From Nemertoderma westbladi (lineage: Eukaryota > Animalia > Xenacoelomorpha), in assembly GCA_032718475.1 (NCBI GenBank), contig JAUCBJ010005858.1, positions 1 to 62,754 of the forward strand: 62,754 nucleotides of DNA, in the 5' to 3' direction. Below are positions 22,901 to 37,900 of the stretch, in pieces; position 1 is the first letter of the stretch, and each line of letters starts with the position of its first letter. Under the pieces are notes generated by a model. It was not told the DNA's origin, did not search any database, and saw only the letters and a list, made by a program, of their open reading frames with translations. Both the position numbers and the translations under genes were made by a program.

Positions 22901-25900
22901 AGAAATCGTATCTCGATTCAATCTGTCGAAATTACGCAACACGATTGGAACACCGCCGCAATATTGTTATACTATCAGTGCAGTTTCACAGGTTATCTGA
23001 CGAGGTATGAATTACTGTTGCTTTACATAAAACTGAAAGTTTTATTCCAGTTAACCTAGGTAGGCCTACCGTTCTGTTTGCAGTTATGTACGCTAGGGCT
23101 ACATTACGATATAGGGATAGGCCTACAACTTTGTGCTTTCTATATAAATCCGCGTCAATCTAAATATATTATAAATGAATTTATTGTTGTGGGGTGGCGG
23201 GTGATGGCGAGTTAAATATAGTTCATTATGATAAATTAATTTCCTTAAGGCCTTAATTTTCCATATTTACATAATATATAATTATACGGCTTTTGTTACT
23301 ATTGTTTCAGTCTAATGTTGCTTTAGAAAGACTCTCAGAGTATTTGTTGACGGATATCTCATTGGACAACTTAGACAACGAAATTAGTTCATTAGCGCAG
23401 AAACTCGACGAAATCAGTAAGTCTTGTAAATCACTCTCATGTTTATATTATTCGTGCTCATTAATTTTATTCGGAAAATTCCATTATGACCAAACTACGT
23501 ATATTACACTTCGGTGAAACACTAACAATATTAATATCAATTATTTAATAAAATATTATATTATAATTTAATGGGATTTCGTCTGTTCCAATAGATCAAA
23601 TTTGTGACAATATTAACTCAGATGGAATTAAACTACTGGAGACGATGAAAGAAAAAACACTAAATCATCATGGGGAAGACGTGTCCTTGAACTACGAGTT
23701 AGTATCACTTTCATTTTTTTAGCGTCGCCACAAGGTATGCACAATTTCTGTGACAGACGTAACCTTTTTACTGTTTCATATTTAAATTATTAATTAATTA
23801 AAAGTATTAATATTTTTTTTATAGAAGGCGGGGTAGCTCAGTTGGTTGAGCGCCACGCCTGCAATCTATTGGTTGTAGGTTCAGCCCCGCCAGGGTCTAC
23901 TCAGTCTTTCATCCACTGGGGTAGATAAAATGAGGACCAGTTAAATAACTGGGATGAAAACTGGGAATACGAGTAGCGCCCACCCCTACCCTCGGGTAGC
24001 AGCTATGGGTAGGAAGGAGCCTTCGGGTCGCCTACGGCCTTTTGTGATAGCTAATTCATATTCAAACCTTTATTTTAATATTATAAATATAGTTCTGGAC
24101 AGATAATTCGATGGCTGAAAAATTAACGCAAATAACAGTGCAAAAATTACGAGCAAAAATGAAACTGTAACCTGTACTTTCGATTGAGCCTCGTTTATTG
24201 TTTTGGTTTGAATAACATTGCACGATAACCTGTTCCTCTCCCTTAATTGATAATTAAACTGTTGACTCGCCAAGGTGTGGGGGGGGGGGGGGTGTGTACC
24301 CAATAACCACCTCTCCAATCCGACTGTCCGGTATTACACTAACTCCCGGACACGTCGTCCGGTATTCCAGACGAAGACTGACGTGCTAATAATTCCTATC
24401 AACTATTAAGAGGATATTGTAATATATTAATTTTGCCGCGAAGACTTGACAAATTATGAAAGAAACAAACGAACGTATTTATTTGCAACGATAAAATAGA
24501 TAAATAATTTAAGTAGTGAAACACATTTCGTAATATAGCATATTGATTATTAGATTATAGTTAATTTCAAATAAATAATTAATACTAAAGAGCGATAAAT
24601 GTGTTTTAAAACTAACTGAACATAATAATTATAATATAATATAAAATACAGAAGAAACATTATTGCAAGAACATCTAGGGTAACTAGTTAATGTACAAAC
24701 TAAGATTAAATAAATTATTAGTTATTGTAAGACAATACAAGGTAACATTATTGATATACTAATATAATATGGCAGGAATATTACTAAATATTACTACTAC
24801 CTACTGCTGCAACAACAATAGCATCCCTTTACAATGTAAACAAACAACCTGTTTAATGTCTCATTGCTTGTTTATACAAAGTTTATTATAATATAACTGA
24901 ATATAATGAATTATGTACAGAGAAAATAAATAAAGAAAAAGACAGTTTGATAGGATTCATCGTACAGATCTATATACATAATATATTGAATGGGTTGCAT
25001 ATCAGTTCAATTTAACATACAGATTTAGCAGATTGTGGAACATTTGATAATTGTTTAACTATCGAACAAAATTGCAGCGTTATCCAAGGCGTTAACTAGA
25101 AGGCCTCCACCGGCTCCACGAGGTATTACAGTTCTCTTCTTTAATGAATTGATATCTCAAACGGGACAATACTATATTATCTACGTGTTTAAACTCTGAA
25201 ATTATAAAGTGTAGTAAAGAAATGTGTTTACGAGAGCGATAGTGTTACATGGCGCGCCAAGAATGAGGTGTAAAGTAAATCAATATCTTAAAGACATTAG
25301 AATGGCACTGAATTTATACCAAAAGTCAACATATGTCCATAAGGCAAGCGCAATGCGCAGATACAATAATATTACACTAAATGTAAAATACCTACTAGCT
25401 AGACATGGCACCATACACATTACACAAAAGCCAAGTTAGTTATTCGCTGCATTATGTCACAGAAAAATGAAAGAAGAAGAAAATTATCACAAATTTCACA
25501 ACAAATAGAAAATAGAAAAGTTTGCGAACATATACCACCGAACGCGTATAAAACTATCTGTATTGCAGAATATCATAAAAATGGCATAAAGAAATGGTTT
25601 ATAATACATTAAAGATGTATTACGACTAATAAATTGTATAGTGACCTTCTATATCTACGAGCAAATAATCTATGTACCTAATAATACTAAAAACTATACA
25701 GATACCTGTGACATTAAATTATTATAAGTTATCTTCCCTCTTTAATACCTAGTTCGGTACATATTTAAACGCAATGTTAATTTTGATCATAAAATATTGT
25801 AAAATATAGTGAAATTGACTGATTGTCAACAGTTTTTCAATAAATAGAAACAACATAGAATTGAAGAGCTACTCCAACAAGTAGGTTGTATGTATATATA

Positions 25901-28900
25901 CCTACCTACTTAACTATAACCTAGCCTAGACCAAGTAACTCAGACGGCAACAGTAAACCATGTTTCTGAATTTCAATCAAAATGGTTCCAAAATATCAAT
26001 CGGATTTTGTTACCTTTTTGATGTTCATAGTGGAGGTTTTGTCGATGTTGCCCGGAGAATCGGCGAGAGCGGAAGATTGGGGTGCGACCGGGGGTTTAAC
26101 CTCGTCGGAACGGCCGAATACCGGCGTACACACTATCCACTCAACGTACATAAACGGATCCGTAAACTGTAAGAGAACCATCGCCACTCTCAGATACACA
26201 AAAACTAGAGAAAGAATGAGAACCACCTGGGCGTAAGGAAGAGTGATTAGCTTAGCCTTTGCCAAAGTGAGAACTATAGAGCCGAGGAAAGAGACTTTGG
26301 TAAAGAAGTGTGGTCGTAGGAATTCGTTTCCACCAGGGGCCTGAGTGTAACCCCTAGCAGCGCGGTCTACCACACGCATAAAATTAACCCCGGCTCCTTT
26401 AATAACGCCCATACAGACCATGATTAGATAGCCATCTGGGTAGATGGAAGCTGCTTGGGCGATACCAGCGGAGACCTTGCGAGCGCGTTCAACCTCCTTT
26501 AGCGCGACTAGAGGGACTTTAAGGAATCTAGTGCAACACGCTCGGTAAAAAAGATCTTTAGGGCTGTAGAATATGAGGTACCAGCAGGCCGTCGCTATAA
26601 GAACGTTTAAATGGTTCTCGAATGGGGCTACTATCGGTAGGCTAAGGAGGGCGTTACCAATGAATGCGCCTGCGAAACAGGAGAGCATGCCCGCGAACCA
26701 GAGAGCGAGGGGGTTGGAGGTGGTGAGGGAATAGTTGGCGAGGTCCTGACGGAGGGCTATGCACGTGAACAAGTAGTGGACGATATCGAACACAGGGAAT
26801 AGCGGGAGCGAGGCGAAGTTTATAGCCATGTCGCTGAGAGCCGAACCTAAGTCCGAGTCTGGCGTGTCCGGGGTTGATGTAGGAACAGACATTGTGTCGT
26901 TGGGTGTCTGTGTTGTAATCAAAATGCAGAAATTAATTCCAGAAAGTTGGTGTTGGCGTTGCAGCGCTGGGTGAGAGCTGCGTGTTGTGTCGCTAAGTAA
27001 CACACTTGTTAGTTATTAACGCTGTAACGCAGGTACCAATGCCTACACAGCCCTACAGCTACGGCTGCGCGCTACAGGTCTTCAGGGTACAGGCAGATAT
27101 GAGATAGGGTACCAGGTACAGGGGAGGCCTACACAGGGCTGCAGGGGTAGTGCAGTTAGTACAGTAGTAGTACTAGTACTGTAGTCAGGTAGTACTAAAG
27201 GTACCGGTTACCGCGCGACCTAATCACCGGTCTGGCGGTGATTTACTTCTGTACTTGCTGCCAACAATATGTTTATAGGCCTACAGATATACCCGCATGA
27301 AAAAAATGTACAATTTTATATAAAACTTATTTGTAAGCAATATAACTATCATAATTAACGGTACCGGTACCAGCGAATTACACGTTTGCACGTTTGTTTA
27401 CAAACCTATGTACAGCTGTACAGCTGCAGCAGTACAGTGATGTATGTACTGTTGTACAGTGATGTACTGATGTATGTACTGTTGTACTTGCGTCAAGTAA
27501 CACTTCACAGTTTACTGTGGCCGTATTCTTGCAGGGGTAGGCCTAGTCAGACTAGCAGATAGCACTAAATTTTATATTTAACATTATATTTAGTGCGAAG
27601 TTTGTGATATCTCGAGTCTGACTACCTGTGGTTAGTGAGTGACGGAGAGGGACACCGTGTATGAGCTGAAAATAGCCGCGGGGATGGAAGATTAAAGAAA
27701 AAGAATGTAGTGTTGTTACACATTAAAATTTATAACTACAGTATGGTCTATGGTGAATACAAATGTACGTAATACTGGGGGTGTTGGTGTATGTATGTGT
27801 ACATGTACACAAAATCCTAAACCAAAAAATAAAAACCTAAAACAAGTGCCAGAAAAAATTTATTATTATAAATAATAAAGTATAGTAACTGTTCTGGCTG
27901 ATTTATTGTCGTACTACAGTATACATACTGACATATCACATACATGCTGTAATCAGAATCACACACCGCACACAACTCAAACGAAACACCATTATTACGT
28001 ATTATTGTTTGGATTTGCACTATTGTTGTTATTTTCTATCATCCATTACTGCTGGTTCCTAAACCATTACCGAATGAATGAATGAAAAATTATATGAAAT
28101 ATTAAATGAAAAATTATATGAAATATTAAATTAAAAGTTATACTAACCATGCGTGCAGGAGATGGATGAAAAAGGGAGCTATTAGATAGCTGGTTCGTTA
28201 CAAAAGTTGAATTTTGTTACACTCTTTATTTATTATAGGGAAGGCTGCAGTCACATTCAATCCGTTCTATCGATACTAAATAGGAGAAAAGTGGCTTGCG
28301 ACGAATTAGTTGATGTTAGAAAATTAATATTGGAACAATTAAAACAATTGGCGACATGTGAAACGGACGCTAAACAGGTTTGTTAGTGGCGTGTAACAGT
28401 CTATAGCGGTGAAATTTCTTTCTCTTAAGAAAAGTTATTTTTTCCTTATTTTGAAGGTTGTCTTTTAGGGAGATACAACAATTACATTAAAAAAATTACT
28501 ACATATCATGCTGTAGGCGAGGTAGTTGTTTCGTTGATATAAGATTCGAGTTTTCGACGCGCCGCAGTCGACATATGTGATAAAGCGTGACACTTAAGCT
28601 AAACAGGTAACCGTTGGCTGTTAAGCGAAAAGTACCTCGCGGTTTAACATAGTCCATATGCGCCAAACTCGGTAACTAAAAAACTAATGATGAATTTTAT
28701 GGTGTTGGCAGGCACTGTATTATTGCTATTTATTACGGTTGTTTCTCCATAATAATATTCTATATGAAACACAAACGCTCAAGTATTTAATTTAATTATT
28801 TGGATTTATTTTAATTATCAACTCGCCATAATCATGGCCAAGCTCAAGCAGGGACGGAGTGACCTGGGCTGGTGGACTCGTGATCAATGTGATCGATGTT

Positions 28901-31900
28901 TCAGTGGGTGGGGCAGTGGCCAGTGGGAATGTCTGGCTCCCAGGAAGGGTGGGTGGGGGGGTATTGGAGCATGCGAAATTAATAACGTATGCTAATTAAT
29001 CATAGAAACATCTGGTAGGGCAAAGGTTCTTGGAATAAAGATGGATTTCTCTATCAGATGCCGTTTATTGGTCCGCTGATTTAATTTATTTACTATTGTA
29101 AATCGTAAATTTACTCTTACTACTCCGTTACTCAACTCTTCAATTAGTACTGAATTGGAATATCTGGTTGCATCCTACAGGCACAATGGATAAGTCTTCT
29201 ATCGCCACTTTTATCGCCAGATCGATCCTGTTTATGATCTTGTTGTACGGGAACCGATTGGCGACAGGAAACGTTGTGGGTTCAAGAATTCAGTGATAAG
29301 TAGTCGGTAATTACTGTTCCGTTAATGTGGATGGCAAAGGATTAACCTTATAGCTGTGTGAATTAGTGGTTGAACGTACTGAACTCAACTTGTACAATGT
29401 AATCTACATTCGCTCCATTCCCATATCGGAGATCATAGATTTGCCCCCTGTGACATTTTGTGATAATGTTTACTACTTATTTCTTAGTGCAGTCCTCACA
29501 TTTTACACGACTGGTTTATCACAACTTCAATTTTATAACAGCAACTCACAACTCATAACTACTATATGTTTATTTGTTGCACCATGTGCATTGGTGTGAC
29601 GACAGGTGCGTGGAGTTGTGACCTTCGTGCAGAAAATATAAAATAATATTTAGACGTCAAAAGGGTAGTCAACCACGACGACAGACGACGGTTAACCGTA
29701 TCACATAGCAAATCAGCATGGAAGTCAGTGTCAAACTTCATCAGTCTATAAATTAAATGTAAATTCACAAAATATTTTTATTATTATTAGACCATAGAAA
29801 TAGGTCTATATACTACTAAGGAAACGCACAGGGGAGCACTCATTTCCATTTTAACTGCCAAAATTGAGATATTAATTATGCTCTCGTGTGTTGATTTTTT
29901 CAGGAGTTGGCAGGTTTTATCACGAGCGGTTATTGTTAAAATGCTAAAGGCTTGTGAAACTGCGGCTCGTACCACCTGCATGCAGCTGCTTTGAAAGCGG
30001 TATAGCAGTCACTTCACCGCAGCTCTAGCTGCATAGCTATGTCACTATGCTCTCCTCTAATAATGGATCTATTTTCGTAATCAGTTGCATGCAGCGAAAA
30101 AATAATGGTGCATACCAATAAACCTCTCGCTGTTCGCGGCATACCTGCACAATGCACAGCAAATGTCGCTGGATAATCCGCGAATTACTGTAGCTGAGCT
30201 GCAAACGGGAACGGTGTGCATTAAGAGGTTACGGTGAGGTGCAATGCAGCTGCACGTTTGTGAATTAACAGCAGCTTGGCTGCACGCCTACTCTACATGT
30301 GCTGATAGGTGCCCCATCTGCAGCCTGCAAGCACATGCTACCAAACGGGCCTTAAAGCGTTAATGCTGAAACAGTTTAATTTAATTGCTTCTTTTCAAAC
30401 TTTTTAACACATTTAGTAACACTAATTTAATCGTACAGTATATATATATATAATATAACAGTGGGGGATTAAATATATAAACATATTTAATCTATAATCC
30501 AATATGCAGTACTGTACGTTAATACAAGACGTGTAACTTGTGTAAATGCAGGAGTATTCGCCAATCTAACGATAATTAACGTTAAATAATTTTGAATTTA
30601 AAATTTATCTCAATTTATAAGATTATGTTGTTATGATAGAGAAAGACCGCTCCCCTTTTATATATAACGACGACGCGTTGCCCGATTCAGTGGGCTGCTT
30701 CGCTTAGGCTCTGTAGTAATACTCGGGGTTCGATCATGGCTATTGTCTAACAATAGGGTAAATGGGCAGCAGATGGACCAACTCGTAGTATTCGCCGTTC
30801 GGTTTGTAGCGCTAACCTCCACGCGCTAACCAACCAACAACTGGTGCCAATCTGTTTCCCACGAACAAATCGCCTCCTAACCCAATCCCTGCTAGAAGTT
30901 CCCATTAATTAGTAACTAAACCGTTAACATTTCGCGTCTATAATAAGCAACTGTTAGACACTTTATATTTATGGAGAGGATAATATTTATAATGCCATAA
31001 AATAATATTTCTATAACGAAATTGGTTATGATTTAAATTTTTCTTCCTTAAAATAGTCGTTGTTACGATTATGATACATGTATACAACTAAAACAAACTG
31101 TGTTACTGTAAACTTAAACCCTCTCAATTAGCCCAGATGAATTAATAAAAAATATTTATATTGCCTAAGTGATTTTTTATCTACCATGCTGACCTATTTT
31201 GTTCTAAATAGTGCCTCTACCGTTCTACGTTTAGGACATTTGAGAAAATTTTAGACAAATTGTATTTAAAATTTATAGTCAGTTATGAAACGTGTCAAAA
31301 ATATTGGAATTTATAACGAATCAGGAAAAAACTACCCTAGAACCTGAACAACAACACACCGAAACGATTAAAAGAAATTGGTCTTTGAGCAGGAATTTAT
31401 TCTCTTTTTAGCGAGATAAACTAACTAATGATTTTTATATGAATACATTTATATTTCAGGCCATCAACTGGATTAGGGAGCTTCGAGATACTATGATGGA
31501 AAATATAACAGAGATTGGAGACAATGTGGAAGTAACCGAGACGTTAAAACGGGAACACTTAAAGTACGAATCCACTGGGAACAGCGCCTATCAGTACGCT
31601 AAACAGTTGATTAATGCGTCGGCTTCTCTAAGAAAGTTAGTAAAATAATCTAATCCCTGTAAACCTTTATATAAGGCACGTTATCTGCTGTTTTAGTAGG
31701 TTTGTTAATAATTAATAGCCGTTCTAATGAATGTGGGGCGAGTCAAAACTGCGAGCCATCAGCGAACTGCTATAATTATACTATAGCCGTTTTCTAAAAG
31801 TCTCTGTGCGTCTCGGAATCCAATATATAACTAGCCATAGTATAATTATAATTGTTCGCTAAGATGGATTGCAGCTTTTGCTGCACGAAGACCCCACTCG

Positions 31901-34900
31901 TGCTCTAAATTGGCTCCTATTGGTGGTGTGGTGTTTTGAATACCCACAATGACCATCCCAGAAAAAACGTCCAAGACTATTATCGCTACAACTCATCGTC
32001 CCTTTAGAAATTCAAATATTAGATCGTTTGGACAGTGGATCACCCAATACACGTGGGAACTTTTAACAATTACTGATCCAGATTCCGCCACAATGCAATT
32101 TAATGACATACTAGTCCAGCAGTACCACCAACACTTCCCAGAAGTAAAGATTATGAAAAAGTTAAGCCTTAGATGACATCTAGTGTTCGCGCTTTCAGAC
32201 CTTTGGCAGTTTAACCCACCAAATTAAGATGTCTTCTAGATATTAAATCGGTTTTTAGTCTATGACAAGTATTTGATTCACTACACTAGTCGAAACCAAT
32301 CTGTGCGCGATCATTCACCCGCTGGATATTCCCGGGAGATTGGGTTCGACGGTTTAATTTTATTGCTATGTAAGCCTAATGTATTATTCGACTGACAGTA
32401 TTATATAATCTCTGACAATATTATTCACCTTCGGGAATATTAACAGTTCCTTTAGGACGTGGCGCTTTATCTATATAAACAGAGTTATGACTTAAACTAC
32501 TCACAACGATATGGCTCAATTATAATTCACATATATGGCGCATTCTTTAGGAATTGCTTCTTTAACAGACTCACTCATACACAATGCTGCACAATACTGC
32601 ACACTAATCTGCCAATCTTCATTGATTTTAGTCACATATAAAAGGAACACAGACTGACTCATGTAGGGTCTATCAAATAACATTAGATTCACTTCAAACC
32701 ACTTTAACATAAGTCACAATCGTTTATCTGTAACCCTTCTCTCTTACCTTCGGTATATCAAGAATATTGGGTTTCGGGGTTATTTATCGTTATTCCAAAT
32801 ATAATAATTCATCAACCATATTATGAAGAACTGACAGTAAATAGCAGTATAAAACAACAACTGAACACTGATTGTTATGAGTTTGCAATGTTTCAGCAGT
32901 CAGTATGTATGATCAGTTAGCAGCGATTAAAAGCCAGGTTAAAGGATATATGTCCTTATAATTAAACCTACTAGTGTAAGACTAAAAACTGAAAACACGG
33001 AGGTGCCAAAAGCCGGTTCTTAGGCTCTGGGCAAAAACATAACACTGAACTACTGAGTTTCTGTATATACCTCCAACACAGAGACAACAAACGCTCTGAT
33101 TGGTCAACCTGAACAACGAGAGAACAAAGAAACAAAGAAACGTCGACGTGGCAATATCAGCTGCTAGCCGTCGTCATGGTAGCGACACTGTTTTCAAGAG
33201 TATCGAGCTTTTACGTCACGGAATTACGGATTATGTCCTCTAAAGTACAAATACAGAAGAAATAGCTTTTATGTCCGCTAAAACACCAGTACAGCAAGGA
33301 TACGGCCTTTTTATGCCTGGTAAACCAACTACAGAGTATTTTAAGGGAAAATAACCGACTAATTACGCAAAAGCTTTTACACCGCTCCCAGAAGATGGGA
33401 TTTAAGTTTATAAAATATAACAAATCACAGTTTCTAAAATATAAAGATACTCTAAACAGTTAGTCTTTCTTACGCAGACGGCGTTTACGCAGTTTTTTGA
33501 GGCTAGCAAGAGTCTTTTTCTCTTTGGGGGGAGCCACTTTACTAGGAGGGCCATAACTCCTGGGTGAAGGGTGCAATATGATTGCATCAGAAGGTGTAGG
33601 ATTATGGTCGGTGTCTCGTCCATTTCGATATGCTTCTCCTCGAGCTGATTTTCCTCCGCTTATCATGGGATACGTTCGTCCAAAACTCTCGCAGAGAATA
33701 GGGTTTTCTAAGCTTGATATCTTCTTAGAGATTCGAGATTTCCCAATCGAACTGAGATAAGGCCAATTCGTTTATCGATTGGACTTACTGTTATAACTTA
33801 CGTTTATCCGAACAAACGCAGGTGTCTTTTTTGATCTTTATAGAATAGCGTTTAACTCGTTTCGTACAACGCTCTCCTTCACCTTGATGAAGGGTTGTAT
33901 CGCGTTAAACGGGGACGACCATACGGTTGGATAGTGATATTAGGTGTCCGCGTCACAATCCGGCTAGGTAAGATAGGCGGCTAGCTAGAAATCACTGTCG
34001 GAGTGTTACCGATTAATTGTTAGGGTAGCACTAGATCTTTGAACAGTGAATACAGTCCGCGAGGATCCGCGACACCACCAGGATCGCAGGTCTGAGGTCC
34101 AACTAAGGAATGAGGAGGTTTGACCGAGTATTCCGGGACTCTGATCATAGGTTTACTCCAGGATCGTTCGAGCCGAGTGAGCATAGGTGATACGTCAAAC
34201 AAGTTTCGCTCGAAACTCCAGTAAATATAACGAACACAACTGTGTTTAACACAACGTTTCCGTGGATGTTTAGGTCTTTCCGTTTATTGGCTGGGTCTAG
34301 GGCATTTACCGTAATAATACCAAAGACGCACGTCTGGTAGGGGAAACGCGGATGATATTTATTTGTTGTTACAATGCTTCTATCAAGAATTCCAAATATA
34401 TGTTGGAGTTACCGTGTTTATTTGTTTCTTTAATGTCTTTTCTTTCGAGCCGATTTCGAATAGAATTTTCGCATTCGAATTTCAGTTTATGGTTCCGACT
34501 CCGCTGGGCAGGATATATAGTCGACATAGTCCGTATTGTGTAAATTGATAGAATGACCAGTAGTTAAGAAGCCCATATACGTACCATTACGCTGCGTATA
34601 TCGAGCAGCGAATTTTCTATAGTCCAACTCGCGCGAGCTGCTCTTGGGACATTGGCGGTTCGATATAACGACCATCGTCCTCCGCAGCAGTTGGACTAAC
34701 GTCGCCGCGTATTAAGCTATCAACAAACGCTTGTAAAAGTAGAGTATATCGCTCCCCGATACCAAGACCATCTTCTATCAACTCCGTCATATCTGCTATA
34801 TATGAGTTTATCCATATTATAATGAGTTTATATTTAGGCGAGCGGGCGTCGCTGCCTACCCCAATCAACCCCGGACAGTACGAGATCCTCAGCGCCGATG

Positions 34901-37900
34901 TGCCGTCGCCGCTGTACTTTCGCCAACGACGTAGAAGCACAATGACAACGACAACCGGCACAAGTCACTCAACTGTCCGTCCCAAAGGCTTAGATGTACT
35001 TCAGGTTTTCCTTGGAGAGTTAGGTTACTTTTACGATTGCGACTCACTACTGTAAACACACTTTAGCAGTAACATTCACCTATAAACTCACAAATACCAC
35101 ACAACTGGTCACAACTACGCACATTCGGGCCATTTGTCCGTTAGTCAATGCCTTCCAGAATGTCACTGTATTATTATGTATCCTTGGATACTAGCAGTGC
35201 GCTATTTATTCCCTATGCTATTCAATGGGACAAGCTTTCTATTGTTCGTTAACTCAATTCTAATTCTAGCGTGGTTGTTGCTATGGTGACATTATGCAAA
35301 GCTAGCGGTAGAATTAGGGTAATTCCAATGCATACAGATCTGGGATGTTATTTAATAGTATTCTTTAATAGTCAATGTTCTATTTTATACATGACTTTAT
35401 GAATTTTATCGGCTATTGACTATGTTTGGGAGACTTTCGCACACTCATATGCATAATAAGATAAATCTCCGCTCCCTTGATCTATTAATTAATGGAATTT
35501 TGGGAATGTTATAAATTGCGTAAAAATGGCAATTTATTAAATTCATTAAAAGGCATGAATTTAAATTTATTCCCTGAAATTTTATTATTTGATAATTAAA
35601 TGGACATATTTTGATTCTAGAACATGTCTAGGGACACAAGATCCTTAATTCTATGACACTTGTCTTTTTTAAGAATATCGGTAAATGCTACGATATCTTA
35701 ATTGACTAGAATTGTTGAAGGATCTGAATTTTACAGATTTTGATTTATTAGATTTGCAAATATTAAATAATTAATATTTGAGATGGGCACCGATTTATTC
35801 CAGAACTTGTCTGGGGACGTTAACCACTGTTTCTAGAATTTGTCTTTCAAGTATATCGGTGGGTGGGGTGCCGCGATATCTTAATCGACTAGAATTACAG
35901 ATGGTCAAAGGGTTTAACAGATTTATTTTGCGTTATACGCTACTGTTAAAGGGACATCACGCTACTATATGTATTATTTAATATACGGTATGAGAGCAAT
36001 ATCGCACGAAGCAATGTCAGTGTGAAGAGGCAAGTCGTTTCCAAGGTCTACCCAGAGCTTGGTTTAGCCGAGACACGAGGATCTGAACTTTGCATTCCTA
36101 ATACTCTGCCTACCAATAACACTTAAATATAGTAGTGGCTTTATTGTACTTTAATAAGTACGGACATTTCATCTTACTGTAGTTACGTATTTATAACATA
36201 ATACGGACAGTAAGGAAAGAGAAAAAGAATTATTTCTCGCCGTCGCACTAAATATAATATAAGTAATTACGTACGTAATAAACACGAATATATTGCACTA
36301 TTCTACTAAATAATCACTAAATAATATTCTACTAAATTAAATAAAACGATTATAATAAAATTACATAGTAATACATACATAAATATAAAAATAATAAAAG
36401 AATATAAAATAATAGAGTCATACGCCCACTCCGAACGATATTAAGGTGGGGAGTCCCTAGATGTCGGTTGGATTAGGGAAGTGGTCGTGGGAAGAGTTTC
36501 TTGCCTTCCATAGTTTCCGGAGAGCTCTCTGTCTCTTTCCAGTAAACATAAACGACCCACTGGGCGGTTGAGCTGTTGAGTCTCAAAGACTATCCCTGGT
36601 TTCTTAAAGTTCCGCCGCATGACGACGAGCTCTACTGATCGCACCAAACCATCGCTCGAGATATAAGTCTCGATGATACGTCCTGTTTGCCATCGCTTAC
36701 TTGGGAGATCGGGGTCCACAATAAGCACCATGTCTCCAGCGCTGACGTTTTCTTGCTGCGCAAACCACTTAGTTCGAAGTTGTAGAGTGGGCAGGTAATG
36801 TTTCTCGAAATGGTCAGCGAAACGACGGGATAGCAACTGCATAAGTTGCCAGGTTCGACGGCAGTACTCGTCTCCGTCTGTGATCTCCGATCGTGGGAGC
36901 ATGGCTACGGGTTTCTTCAGTAGAAAGTGCGCGGGTGTTAGCGCTTCCAGGGAATCAGGATTTGAAGAGACTGGCATAAGCGGTCTTTCGTTGAGATAGG
37001 CGGCGATTTCCTCCATTAACGTCCGCAATAGTTCGTCGGTGAGATAAGCGCGACAAGGTACAATAAAGTGGAACGCAGTCTTCACGCTCCTAATCAATCT
37101 CTCCCAACTTCCTCCCCACCAAGGGGCGTCGGCGGCGTTGAAGGTCCAGCTAGACGCTGTTATCCTTAGCTGACCGTCCACCTGTCTTTTGTTCCAGTCC
37201 TTTACGTAAGCTTGAATTTCGTTGTTGGCGCCAATGAAGTTCGTTCCCTTATCCGATCTCATCGTGTTACTGGTTCCGAAGCGAGCGATCTGTCGTCGTA
37301 AACTCAACACGAAGCTGTTGGTGGATAGATCGTTTACCATATCGAGATGGATAGCTCTACAAGTCATACAAACGAAGATGACACACCATCTCTTGACTAT
37401 AGTCCGGGCACGATATACTTCAATAGGGCCAAATAAATCCACACCGGTATTAGTAAAGGGTGGTTCATAGAAGCTTACTCTTTCCCTAGGTAATTCTGCC
37501 TCTCGCTGTGTTAAAGGCCTACTGAATGCTTTCCTACAGGGTATGCAGTTCCTAAGAACTTGGTTCAGAGCCCTACGGGGTTTATAAAAATAGTAGCGAG
37601 TTCGAATTTCGCTCAGAACTCGTTCTCTACCAGCATGGTACAGTTTGCTATGAACATCTACAATTATCTTGATTTGTATGTCAAGATTTCTAATGAGGAT
37701 GGGAAACTTAGTGTCAAAGGATAATGGGGCGTTGGTTAGCCTACCTCCAACACGTATTAACCCATCTATCATGGTACTAGAGAAGCGATCCCTTAAGCGC
37801 ATCTGTGGATTTCTTAACAACAGGAAATACTTATCGGAATCCTCATAGCATTGTAGAAGTCTCAGCATCTGTTTGTTGGTTTCATCATGCTCCTGGTAAC

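Noticed and set aside
23827-23900. tRNA-Cys gene (and tRNA genes at ~51180 and ~56090)
   Set aside because: T-arm and acceptor stems do not close, and the heads run into SINE core sequence.
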